Sequence record: SRR20825006_1847
Direction: 5' to 3' (one strand)
Length of the DNA stretch: 46,157 nucleotides
Shown here: piece after piece, positions 28,659 through 37,465 of the stretch
How positions within the stretch are numbered: the first letter of the stretch is position 1
How the letters are laid out: each line of letters opens with the position of its first letter
The notes under the pieces: generated by a model
The model's database searches: none
The model's input: the letters and a program-made list of their open reading frames with translations, nothing else
Told to the model about the DNA's origin: nothing
Translations under genes and position numbers: made by a program

Positions 28659-29585
28659 ATGGATATTCCTGTTCTCGATTGGCAACGCTTTGCCTCCGGC
28701 TCCGATGTCGACGGCTTCGTGCGCGACCTGGGCCGGGCGTGCCGCGAAACCGGGTTCTTTTTGATCACCGGCCACGGCATTCCCGACGACTTGATCAAGG
28801 ATGTCTTTGCCAAGGGTGACACGTTTTTCGCGCGTCCCATGGCCGAAAAATCAAAAGTCGACATTCGCAACAACCCGCACAATCGCGGCTGGGCCTGTGA
28901 AGGCTCCGAGGCGCTGGACGAAACCTCCGGCCAAATGGACCGCAAAGAGGCGTTCAATGTCGGGCTTGATCTGACCGCCGACGATCCGCGTGTTCTCAAC
29001 GGCGAGCCTTTCCGGGGCGTCAATATCTGGCCCGAAATCGACGGCTTTCGCGACACCATGCTGGCCTATTACGATCAGATCTGGGCCCTGTCGCGCGCGT
29101 TGCACCGGGCGTTTGAACTGGACCTGAACCTGCCGCAGGACTATTTTGCGCCCCATTTCACCGCCCCCTTGGCGACCCTGCGCGTGCTCTCTTATCCGGC
29201 CGCGACAGACGGGACGGGCATCGGCGCGGGCGCGCATACGGATTATGGCTCTGTCACCCTGCTGATGACCGATGGCGTCGGCGGGTTGCAGGTCAAACCG
29301 CGCGGTCTGGATTGGATCGACGCGCCGCATGTGCCCGGCGCTTTCGTGGTCAATATCGGTGACTGTTTGATGCGGTGGAGCAATGACATCTATGTCTCCA
29401 CCCCGCATCGGGTTTTGCCACCCAAAACCGCCCGCCGCTCAATCGCCTTTTTCCTCGACCCGAACCCGGACAGCGTGATCACCGCCCTGCCCGGCACCGG
29501 CGAGGCCAAATATGCCGCCATAACCGGCGCCGACTATCTGCGCTCGCGTCTGGACGCGACCTATACCCCAAAGGACATCACATGA
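28659..29585 (+). CDS. 2-oxoglutarate/Fe(II)-dependent oxygenase (isopenicillin N synthase family)
   Basis: GFFLITGHG, HTDYG (HxD), VNIGD, STPHRV, RRSIAFF. Confidence 0.92.
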   Translation: MDIPVLDWQRFASGSDVDGFVRDLGRACRETGFFLITGHGIPDDLIKDVFAKGDTFFARPMAEKSKVDIRNNPHNRGWACEGSEALDETSGQMDRKEAFNVGLDLTADDPRVLNGEPFRGVNIWPEIDGFRDTMLAYYDQIWALSRALHRAFELDLNLPQDYFAPHFTAPLATLRVLSYPAATDGTGIGAGAHTDYGSVTLLMTDGVGGLQVKPRGLDWIDAPHVPGAFVVNIGDCLMRWSNDIYVSTPHRVLPPKTARRSIAFFLDPNPDSVITALPGTGEAKYAAITGADYLRSRLDATYTPKDIT

Positions 29586-30385
29586 GCTGTCTTGCAGAAA
29601 AAAGATACGACTGGGCCGAGTTCCGCACCACGGAATTCGCCGATATGGACCCGGAAAAAACCATCGTCATCCTGCCCACCGCCGCCGTTGAACAACACGG
29701 GCCTCACCTGCCCGTCGGCGTCGATCAGTACATCAACGAAGGCATGTTGGCGCATCTGCGCGCCACCTGCCCCGAGGACATCAATATCCTGATCCTGCCG
29801 GTGCAGGCGGTCGGCAAATCCAACGAGCATATCCACGCCAAAGGCACGCTGACCTATACGGCCAAAACCGCGCTTGATGCCTGGACCGAGATCGGGCTTT
29901 CGGTGGCGCGAGCGGGGTTGAAAAAGATGGTGATCGTCAATTCCCACGGCGGCAATCTGGACCTGATCTCGATCTTGGGTCGCGAGTTGCGGGTGCAGGC
30001 CGGGATGATGGTGGTGAAATGCCAATGGGGCAATTTTGGCAAGCCCGAGGGGATGTATTCGGCGCAGGAAAGCACCTACGGCATCCATGGCGGCGATCTT
30101 GAGACCTCTTTGATGCTGCATTTCAAACCGCATCTGGTGGACATGTCCAAAGCCGAAGATTTCCGCTCAACGGCAGAAACCGCGCCGATCTCACCAATCG
30201 GTCCGGTGAACCTCGCGTGGGTGTCCAAAGACCTGAACCCCAAAGGCACAGTCGGCGAAGCGCATTTGGCCACAGCCGAGAAAGGCATCGCCACCTGCGC
30301 CCATCAAGTGGCGGGGTTTATCGACATGCTCAAAGAGTTCCGTGACCTCTCCTCTGAGGGCTACGCACGCACGATACCGGATTAA
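29582..30385 (+). CDS. Creatininase-family amidohydrolase
   Basis: AVEQHGPHLPVGVD, GKSNEH, NSHGGN, HGGDLETS. Confidence 0.92.
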   Translation: MSCLAEKRYDWAEFRTTEFADMDPEKTIVILPTAAVEQHGPHLPVGVDQYINEGMLAHLRATCPEDINILILPVQAVGKSNEHIHAKGTLTYTAKTALDAWTEIGLSVARAGLKKMVIVNSHGGNLDLISILGRELRVQAGMMVVKCQWGNFGKPEGMYSAQESTYGIHGGDLETSLMLHFKPHLVDMSKAEDFRSTAETAPISPIGPVNLAWVSKDLNPKGTVGEAHLATAEKGIATCAHQVAGFIDMLKEFRDLSSEGYARTIPD

Positions 30386-30408
30386 GCCTGCGAGTGAGAT
30401 ACGATGAC

Positions 30409-30434
30409 AAAGGGGGCCGATTGGTCCCCTTTTT
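30409..30434 (+). terminator. Rho-independent terminator of the catabolic operon
   Basis: AAAGGGGGCC-GATT-GGTCCCCTTTTT. Confidence 0.75.
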
Positions 30435-30552
30435 GGTGGAGTGTTGTTATGACGCGAAGGGCGGGTTGGAGCCCAGCTTGACTGATACTAAGACATTGAT
30501 CAATGTCGGCTTCATTGGAAGAGTGGCAGATGCAATATCAAATCGAGAGGAA

Positions 30553-31092
30553 ATGATCGTAATCTACTCTTTAACGTTTCTGCTTGGTTTGATTGTTGCT
30601 CCGCTTATGGCTCATATCCGAGGCTGGAAGCCCGCTGCATTATTCTTTGCTGCTGCGGTCATCTACGGAATTTTTGGTGCCGCGAGTTTGGCACAAATCC
30701 AAATCGGTCTAAGCCAAATCAAACAAACAGGACCTGCATATCACGACACCTACTATGTTGTAAGCCATGGCTATTTTATAGCGAACATCGGCATCGCAAT
30801 GGCTGTCTTCGGGGTGATAACATGGGTGCAAACGCGGTTCGGGGCGATGAGGTACCCAGCCCTGACCAACATTCTCTTCTGGGTTTTACATATCGCACTG
30901 ATCGGCAGCACTGCATTCCAAGGCCCGCTCGCCTTTGTTGTGCCAAAGCCGCGCAGATACATCGACTTTCCAGAGTTCATGGAAACCTACGCTCTGATTA
31001 ACGCGTGGTCTGGATTTCTATCACAAACGGCATTACTCGGCCTTCTGGGCCTGTTGCTATGGTCGATCATGGCAAAATGGTTGGTTAGGTAA
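30553..31092 (+). CDS. Small integral membrane protein resembling the C-terminal helices of haem-copper oxidase subunit I
   Basis: GAGAGGAA RBS then MIVIYSL (179 aa), about 5 hydrophobic segments, HDTYYVVSHGYF and PKPRRYIDFP motifs; lower GC than its neighbours. Confidence 0.7.
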   Translation: MIVIYSLTFLLGLIVAPLMAHIRGWKPAALFFAAAVIYGIFGAASLAQIQIGLSQIKQTGPAYHDTYYVVSHGYFIANIGIAMAVFGVITWVQTRFGAMRYPALTNILFWVLHIALIGSTAFQGPLAFVVPKPRRYIDFPEFMETYALINAWSGFLSQTALLGLLGLLLWSIMAKWLVR

Positions 31093-31165
31093 ATCTCGTC
31101 TTACAAAAGCACCATTGGCTCAACCGCAGCGAAATGGCGTTTCGTCCGCAAACCACCACCATCTT

Positions 31166-31200
31166 AAAAAGACCCCCGAATTCCCCTTCGGGAGCCTTTT
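31166..31200 (-). terminator. Rho-independent terminator of the Pot-like ABC operon
   Basis: Minus strand AAAAGGCTCCCGAA-GGGGAA-TTCGGGGGTCTTTTT; probably bidirectional. Confidence 0.7.
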
Positions 31201-31220
31201 CTCACCTGATCCCCCGGACC

Positions 31221-32411
31221 TCACTCGCTTGGCGCGGGCGGTGCGATACCCCCGAAGGCGCCGCCAAAGCCGCCCTCGGGTTTCGGCGCTGCAGGCGCGG
31301 GTGCCGCTCCGCCCAATCCCCCAAAAGCCCCACCAAACCCGCCTTCGGGTTTTGGCACGGTGATGCCCTGCTCCGCCTCTTGCGCCTCGATCTTGGCCTT
31401 TTGCGCCGCGCGCAACTCGGCTTGGCGGTCGAGTTTGTCTTGCAAAATCGCGGCCTCACAGACCGAGCTGTCGTGTTTGGAGCCGATATAGGACACCGTT
31501 GCCACAATTGCCACGAGGATCGCGAACACCACGCCCGGATGGGTCAGCGCGCGCGTCACCGGATTGGCGTAGAGCGGCGAACGGGACGCCTTGCCGCCCA
31601 GTTCCGCCTCTTTGCGCCGCTGCACCGCCTCGTTGGTCAAGGCCCCCACCAGCGTGATGGTGATGATGATCACGGCCAAAGCGGAGAGCGACGGGTCCGT
31701 GCCATGCCGCACCTTTGAGGCAAGCGCCGTGGTGAATGTGCTTTCCGAGAGGACAGTGAACACCGTGGTGTTGTAATTCTCGAACGACGCCAGAAGCGTG
31801 ATGAAGGCTGCCGAGCCAATCGCCGGGGCCATAAAGGGCAGCAAAATTTTGCGAAACGCCTGACCCGGCGTAGCGCCAAGATCCAAAGCCGCCTCGGTCT
31901 GGGTGGCGTCGAACCGTTGCAACCGGGCGATGAACACCAACATCGCATAGGCGGAGACAAAGGTGATCTGGCCTACAATGGTCAGGAAATAACCGTTGTA
32001 GATCCCGGCCTGTACCGCCCCGCCCAGCCCGCGCGAAATCTGCCCCCACAGCACGATGGTCGAGATGCCCAAAACCACACCGGGGATCAGGATCGGCAGG
32101 ATCAGCACGGTGTAAAGCGTGGCGCGCAGTTTGGAGGGCAATTCGGACAAAGCCAAAGCGCCCGCAAGCCCGATCGGCACCGCCAGCGCGACCACGCCCA
32201 CCCCGATGATCACGGAGTTCAGCAAGCCGTCCATCAGCCGTTGGTTGCCAAAGAGTTCTGCAAACCATCCGGTGGTGAAACATTCCCACGGCACCACGCG
32301 GGGGAATTTCGACGAATTGAAGGCGGTGACCACCATGATGATCAGCGGGCCAAACAAAAAGGAGAAAAACGCGATGGCGTAAGCGCCACCAAAGACAACC
32401 GCCCGGCTCAT
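31221..32411 (-). CDS. PotC-like ABC permease with extended C-terminus
   Basis: AFNSSKFP, LPILIPGVVLG, EAALDLGAT, SFENYNTT; extra TM segment, coiled coil and Gly-rich tail. Confidence 0.9.
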   Translation of the reverse strand: MSRAVVFGGAYAIAFFSFLFGPLIIMVVTAFNSSKFPRVVPWECFTTGWFAELFGNQRLMDGLLNSVIIGVGVVALAVPIGLAGALALSELPSKLRATLYTVLILPILIPGVVLGISTIVLWGQISRGLGGAVQAGIYNGYFLTIVGQITFVSAYAMLVFIARLQRFDATQTEAALDLGATPGQAFRKILLPFMAPAIGSAAFITLLASFENYNTTVFTVLSESTFTTALASKVRHGTDPSLSALAVIIITITLVGALTNEAVQRRKEAELGGKASRSPLYANPVTRALTHPGVVFAILVAIVATVSYIGSKHDSSVCEAAILQDKLDRQAELRAAQKAKIEAQEAEQGITVPKPEGGFGGAFGGLGGAAPAPAAPKPEGGFGGAFGGIAPPAPSE

Positions 32412-33331
32412 TTGCCGATCTCCCCAACAGAAACCTTGAACACCCGCATCATCAACAAAACAAAAGAGATACAGGTCAATAGCAACACCACGGCGTAGGC
32501 CGAACCACGGGGCCAGTTGGAGCTTTCATTGAACCATTGATAGATGACTTGCGTGAACCACAGGTTTGACGGCCCGCCCAGAATTTGCGGCGCGGCCAGG
32601 GCCCCGGCTGTGAGCATAAACACCATGGTCGCGCCCGACACGATCCCCGGTTTGGCAATCGGCAACACCACCCGCCAATGCACCCGCCAGAGCGGAGCGC
32701 CCATGTCGCGGGCGGCTTCGACTTGGGTGTGATCGAGTGCCTCGATGGCGTTGTACATCGGGAAGATCATCAGCAAGATATAGGCGTAGGACAGGCCAAA
32801 ATAGAGCGCGACATCGGCGCGGATGAAATCCACCGGCACGTCCCAAAGCCCCATCTGCATCCCCACCGTGTTGACCACACCCGTGGCCCCAAACAGCACC
32901 CGAAAGGCAAAAGCGCGCAGGATTTCATTGATCCAATAGGGGAGGATCAAGCCGATCACCATCAACCGCGCGGCCACGCCTTTGGCCCCATGGGCAAGGA
33001 TATAGGCGATGGGGTAACAGATCAGTACGTCAATCAGGGTGACGATGGCGGCGGCCAAGAGCGTACGCCCCAAAATGACCAAATCCAACGTGTTGAGCGA
33101 CCCGTCCGAGTTGAAGAAAAAGCTGTGAAAATTATCCAGCGTGTAGTGATCCGCATCCGTGCCGATCTGATCGGCGGGCAGGTTGAAGCGGAAGGAATAA
33201 TCCAACATCGACAGTTGCGGCAGGGTGATGAACACCACCACCCAAAGCGTCACGGCAATGGCGACAAACAGCGCAGCACCCAAGCCATGCCGATTGGCCA
33301 GCGCGCGGTAGGCCTGTGTCAGATGTTTCAT
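32408..33331 (-). CDS. PotB-like ABC permease
   Basis: CYPIAY, LPYWINEILRAFA, EAARDMGA, NWPRGSA. Confidence 0.92.
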   Translation of the reverse strand: MKHLTQAYRALANRHGLGAALFVAIAVTLWVVVFITLPQLSMLDYSFRFNLPADQIGTDADHYTLDNFHSFFFNSDGSLNTLDLVILGRTLLAAAIVTLIDVLICYPIAYILAHGAKGVAARLMVIGLILPYWINEILRAFAFRVLFGATGVVNTVGMQMGLWDVPVDFIRADVALYFGLSYAYILLMIFPMYNAIEALDHTQVEAARDMGAPLWRVHWRVVLPIAKPGIVSGATMVFMLTAGALAAPQILGGPSNLWFTQVIYQWFNESSNWPRGSAYAVVLLLTCISFVLLMMRVFKVSVGEIGK

Positions 33332-34443
33332 GCTTCGCTCGCGATCTGACCCACAGGCAGGATCGTGGCATTCATCGGCGCAAAGCCCAGCGAGAGCGTG
33401 TCGCCCTTGGAGCCAACGCTGCCCGCAAGGCCCGCGTTGACCATGGACACGCGCAATTCGGTGTCGCCTGCACGGGCGAACACATGATTGGTGGCACCTT
33501 CAAACTCTTGCCGCGACAGCGTGGCCTGAAACGCGTTTTCCGCCTGGCCGGGCACCAATTGTTCGGGCCGCACAAACAGCAACGCCTCATCGCCGGGCTT
33601 ATATTTGCGCCCGCCACCGACGCGGGCCTCAAAGGTGCCCATCGGAGTTTCAAGCGCGGCCATATCTTCAGATTGACTCTTAACAACACCCTTCAACGCA
33701 TTGTTTTCCCCAACAAACGAGGCCACGAAAGACGAACGCGGGCGATTGTAAATCTGATCCGGTGCGCCGACCTGTTCGATCACGCCCTTGCTCATCACCG
33801 CCACCCGATCCGACATCGTCAAGGCCTCGCCCTGATCGTGGGTGATGTAGATAAAGGTCACGCCGACCTGTTGTTGAATGGCGCGCAGCTCGGTGCGCAT
33901 ATGTTGGCGCAGCTTGAGATCAAGCGCAGAGAGCGGTTCGTCCAAGAGCAAAATATCCGGCTCCACCGCCAAAGCGCGGGCAATCGCCACGCGCTGTTTT
34001 TGCCCACCAGAGAGTTCCGACACCTTCTTGTCGCCAATCCCCGGAAGCGCAATCATATCAAGCAGGTCTTCGGCGCGTTTGCGACGCATCTTTTTGCCCA
34101 CGCCGCGCACCTCCAGTGGAAACGCGATATTGTCGGCCACAGACATCAGCGGAAACAACGCCAGATGTTGAAAGATCAAAGCGGTCGGACGTTTGTTCGG
34201 CCCCACGCCTTTCATGTCTTTCGCGCCGATCAAAACCCGGCCTTCGGTGGGTTCGGAAAACCCCGAAATACAGCGCAACAGCGTGGTTTTGCCACAGCCG
34301 GAAGGGCCGAGAAAGGAAAAGAATTCGCCGGAATTGATTTTGAGATTGGCGTTGTCGACGGCGGTGAAATTGCCAAATCGGATGGAAACATGATCGAGGA
34401 GAACGGAGCGGTCAGGGGAATTGACTGGGGAGGTCTCTGGCAT
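33328..34443 (-). CDS. PotA-like ABC ATP-binding protein
   Basis: GPSGCGKTT, LSGGQKQR, LLDEPLSALD, THDQGEAL, TOBE-like tail. Confidence 0.95.
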   Translation of the reverse strand: MPETSPVNSPDRSVLLDHVSIRFGNFTAVDNANLKINSGEFFSFLGPSGCGKTTLLRCISGFSEPTEGRVLIGAKDMKGVGPNKRPTALIFQHLALFPLMSVADNIAFPLEVRGVGKKMRRKRAEDLLDMIALPGIGDKKVSELSGGQKQRVAIARALAVEPDILLLDEPLSALDLKLRQHMRTELRAIQQQVGVTFIYITHDQGEALTMSDRVAVMSKGVIEQVGAPDQIYNRPRSSFVASFVGENNALKGVVKSQSEDMAALETPMGTFEARVGGGRKYKPGDEALLFVRPEQLVPGQAENAFQATLSRQEFEGATNHVFARAGDTELRVSMVNAGLAGSVGSKGDTLSLGFAPMNATILPVGQIASEA

Positions 34444-34476
34444 GGTATCGCCTTATTATTGTGGGTCATCAAAATG

Positions 34477-34510
34477 AAAACCGCCCCACGCCAAAAGGCG
34501 CAGAGCGGTC
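34477..34510 (-). terminator. Intercistronic stem-loop after the SBP gene
   Basis: Minus strand GACCGCTCTGCGCC-TTTT-GGCGTGGGGCGGTTTT. Confidence 0.6.
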
Positions 34511-34520
34511 GTGACCCAGA

Positions 34521-35666
34521 TCAGGCCGAGAGGAATGTATTGGCATACTCGGTGCGCATTTCCGAATACCAAGGTGCCTCTGCTGGCCATGCATTCAAAT
34601 TCGCCAAAGCCTCGCCCGGATAGGCATCGGCAAAGTTTTTGGCGTAAACCTCGCCCCCAAAAGCATCCGCGCCCAAAACCGGCGAGTTGTAGCCGTGGGT
34701 TTTGATCGCCTCGCCCGCCCATTCCGGGTTATAACAGGCATCGATAAAGGCATAGGCTTGGTCAATATTGGTCGCCCCCGTCGGCATCGCCATGCCATCC
34801 ACCCACGCCATCGCGCCCTCAATCGGCGCACGGTACATCACCGGCTCGCCTTCGTTTTTCAACGCAATCGGCGGGCCATCCCAGGTCTGTCCCACAATGA
34901 CACCTTCGTTCAAAAGACCGTTCTTTTGCGTGTCGGAATCGTTCCAAATCAGCTTGATATTGCCCTTCTTTTCAAGCGCATGGGCCAAAACAACATCCCA
35001 AACTTCGGTCATCTTCTCAGGCGTGGTATAGGCGGCCCACATCGACCCCGGCTCCATCAGGCCAAGGCGCTCCATGCCCAGACCAAGCCCCAACATCATC
35101 GAATGCCCCCGGCCCATGGTTTTGCCCGCATTCGCATCATCCCAGATGTCGTAATAGGACGGAAATTCGCCCGCGGGCGTGAATTGATCGGTGCGCCACG
35201 CCACGCCTTCGGTGCCCCAGATATGCGGCACCCAGAACGTGCCTTTGCCTTCGAAATTCCAATGTTTCTCACCCAAAGCCATCGCCGGGTTGACTTTATC
35301 GATGGCGATTTTGGACATGTCAAACGGCTGCAACAGACCCAGTTCGGCCCACAACAGATTGCGGTTCACGGTCGGGGAGACGATGTCAAACCCCTCGCCG
35401 CCGGTGGCTTTGAGTTTGTTGATGATCTCATCGTTGGAACCGATGCCGGTAAAGTTGAGCTTGATGCCGGTCGAACTCTCAAAGGCGGTCACGAAACTTT
35501 CCGGCAAATAATCGGACCACATCATCACGTTGAGTTCGCCCGAGGAGGCAAGCGCGGATCGGCTGACCAGCGCAGGTGCCGCCAGACCGCCCAGCACTGC
35601 GGCGGAGCCTTTGAGGAAACCACGTCGTGCGACGCCTTCGGATTTGGTAAAATTGGGTGTCTTCAT
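34521..35666 (-). CDS. PotD/PotF-like substrate-binding protein, Tat-exported
   Basis: ARRGFLKG twin-arginine signal, WSDYLP, WGTEG, QTWDGP, EGAMAWVDG. Confidence 0.9.
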   Translation of the reverse strand: MKTPNFTKSEGVARRGFLKGSAAVLGGLAAPALVSRSALASSGELNVMMWSDYLPESFVTAFESSTGIKLNFTGIGSNDEIINKLKATGGEGFDIVSPTVNRNLLWAELGLLQPFDMSKIAIDKVNPAMALGEKHWNFEGKGTFWVPHIWGTEGVAWRTDQFTPAGEFPSYYDIWDDANAGKTMGRGHSMMLGLGLGMERLGLMEPGSMWAAYTTPEKMTEVWDVVLAHALEKKGNIKLIWNDSDTQKNGLLNEGVIVGQTWDGPPIALKNEGEPVMYRAPIEGAMAWVDGMAMPTGATNIDQAYAFIDACYNPEWAGEAIKTHGYNSPVLGADAFGGEVYAKNFADAYPGEALANLNAWPAEAPWYSEMRTEYANTFLSA

Positions 35667-35805
35667 GTCACTCCCCGTGAACTTGGTTGGCTGGCTCGCC
35701 GCGCTTTTGCGTCATGTTTCTTTGGTCATTCGGTCGAACCACGGCGCAGGATCATCCCATCGCCGCTCATGAGAAAAGCCTAGGGGCGGCCTGTCTGGCG
35801 TATTT

Positions 35806-35836
35806 AGAGCCAGTTGTGCTAAATTATGGGTCCAGA
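35806..35836 (-). promoter_or_regulatory. Putative MocR/TauR-type operator, copy 1
   Basis: AGAGCCAG-N12-ATGGGTCCAGA between the SBP gene and the regulator; both half-sites recur identically at 38987-39017. Confidence 0.8.
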
Positions 35837-35995
35837 GCGCGTTTCGCCCCTGTACCTCACCGTGATGCTCAATAGAGTGGCGCTATCGGGTCGCCCCTGC
35901 ACAGCTTGCGGGCGGAGGTGTCATCGCCCTCGCGAAACACAGCGGCGGTGAAAGAGACGCGATGAATGAGACAATGAAAGAAACGGTGCGCCCTT

Positions 35996-37465
35996 ATGTT
36001 GGAACGCTATTTTACCCCCGCCTTTGATCAGAGCGCGTCCTTGCAGCATCAGATCCAAGAGCGGCTCATTCAGGCGATCCTCGACGGCGCACTCTCCCCC
36101 GTCGATCCGCTGCCCTCCTCGCGCGCCTTCGCGGCCGCCATCGGTGTGTCACGCAACACCATTTCCATCGTCTACGAGCGGCTGAACCAAGACGGGTTCA
36201 TCACCGCCAAAGCCCGGCGCGGCTATTTCATCGACGAAAACCTCGTGCGCGAAAAACTCAACGTCTCACCGCCACGCCGCTCGCAAGACCGCGCCGTTGC
36301 CCCCGATTTCACCCGCGCCTATGCCCGGCGCTACACCACCCAACCCAATATCGCCAAACGCAGCGATTGGCGCACATTCCCCTACCCGTTTGTCTATGGT
36401 CAGGTCGGGCGCGATGAGACCTCGGTGGCGCGATGGCGCGATTGTTTGCGCCGGGCGGGCACCTCGCGCCATGTCGGCACATGGGCCGATGATTTGGTCG
36501 ACAGCGACGATCCGCTTTTGTTGGAACAGATCGCGCGGCGCGTGCTACCGCAGCGCGGCTTTCGCGCCGATCCCGACGAGATGTTGATCACGGTGGGCGC
36601 GCAAAACGCGCTGTGGATGGTGGCGGAATTGTTTGCCGATGCCAGCAAAGAGATCCATATCGAAGACCCGGTCTACGTCGATGCCCGCAATATCTTTGCC
36701 GCTCATGGCGCGCAGATCGTCCCCACGCCAGTGGATCGCAAGGGGTTAAAACCCGGTCCAGAATTGGCGAACGCCGATATGGTCTACGTCACGCCGGGGC
36801 ATCAATCGCCAACCAATGTGACCATGCCGATGGAGCGACGGTTGGCTTTGATCGAAGCGGCCTCACTGCATGATTTCCTGATCCTTGAAGACGATTACGA
36901 ACATGAGTTGAACTTTTTGGGCGCTCAACATCCGACCTTGAAGGCGCTCGATCCCTGCGGGCGGGTGATCCATGTCGGCTCGCTCACCAAGCCGCTGTTT
37001 CCCGGCATCCGCCTTGGCTTTATCGCCGCCGACCGCGCGGTGATCAAAGAGCTGCGCGCGCTGAGGCGATTGATGTATCGCCACCCCTCGGCGCTGGCGC
37101 AGCGCGCGATGGCGCTGTTTCTCTCTGAGGGGCATTATGACGCCCATATCCGCCGCCACCGCCGCGCCATGTCGGAAAAATGGCACATGATGCTGCGCGA
37201 GATTGACCGGCAATTGCCCGACTGTCAGGCGACGATGACCACCGGCGGGTCCGGCATCTGGATGGCCCTGCCCGAAGGCATGGATGCGGGCGACGTATTC
37301 ACCGCCGCCGAGGCACGCGGCGTTTTGGTGGAAAACGGCACGCTACATTACCTGCGCCCCAACCCGCCGCGCAATCAATTGCGACTGGGGTTTGGGGCGA
37401 TTGATCTGGCCAAGATCGCGCCGGGGATCGGCGAATTGAAACTGGCGATTGACAGCCTGCGTTAA
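35996..37465 (+). CDS. MocR/GabR (GntR-PLP) family regulator, TauR-like
   Basis: wHTH LPSSRAFAAAIGVSRNT, YVTPGHQSPT, EDDYEHE, GSLTKPLFPGIRLG. Confidence 0.93.
   Translation: MLERYFTPAFDQSASLQHQIQERLIQAILDGALSPVDPLPSSRAFAAAIGVSRNTISIVYERLNQDGFITAKARRGYFIDENLVREKLNVSPPRRSQDRAVAPDFTRAYARRYTTQPNIAKRSDWRTFPYPFVYGQVGRDETSVARWRDCLRRAGTSRHVGTWADDLVDSDDPLLLEQIARRVLPQRGFRADPDEMLITVGAQNALWMVAELFADASKEIHIEDPVYVDARNIFAAHGAQIVPTPVDRKGLKPGPELANADMVYVTPGHQSPTNVTMPMERRLALIEAASLHDFLILEDDYEHELNFLGAQHPTLKALDPCGRVIHVGSLTKPLFPGIRLGFIAADRAVIKELRALRRLMYRHPSALAQRAMALFLSEGHYDAHIRRHRRAMSEKWHMMLREIDRQLPDCQATMTTGGSGIWMALPEGMDAGDVFTAAEARGVLVENGTLHYLRPNPPRNQLRLGFGAIDLAKIAPGIGELKLAIDSLR

Noticed and set aside
29582-30385. 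Literal creatinine degradation pathway
   Set aside because: No creatinase, sarcosine oxidase or hydantoinase genes are present; the family assignment alone does not give the substrate.
30394-31092. Functional cytochrome c oxidase subunit I, and the 232-aa long start
   Set aside because: It is far too short and lacks the CuB and haem a ligands. The extended N-terminus runs through a terminator, while a good RBS precedes ATG 30553.
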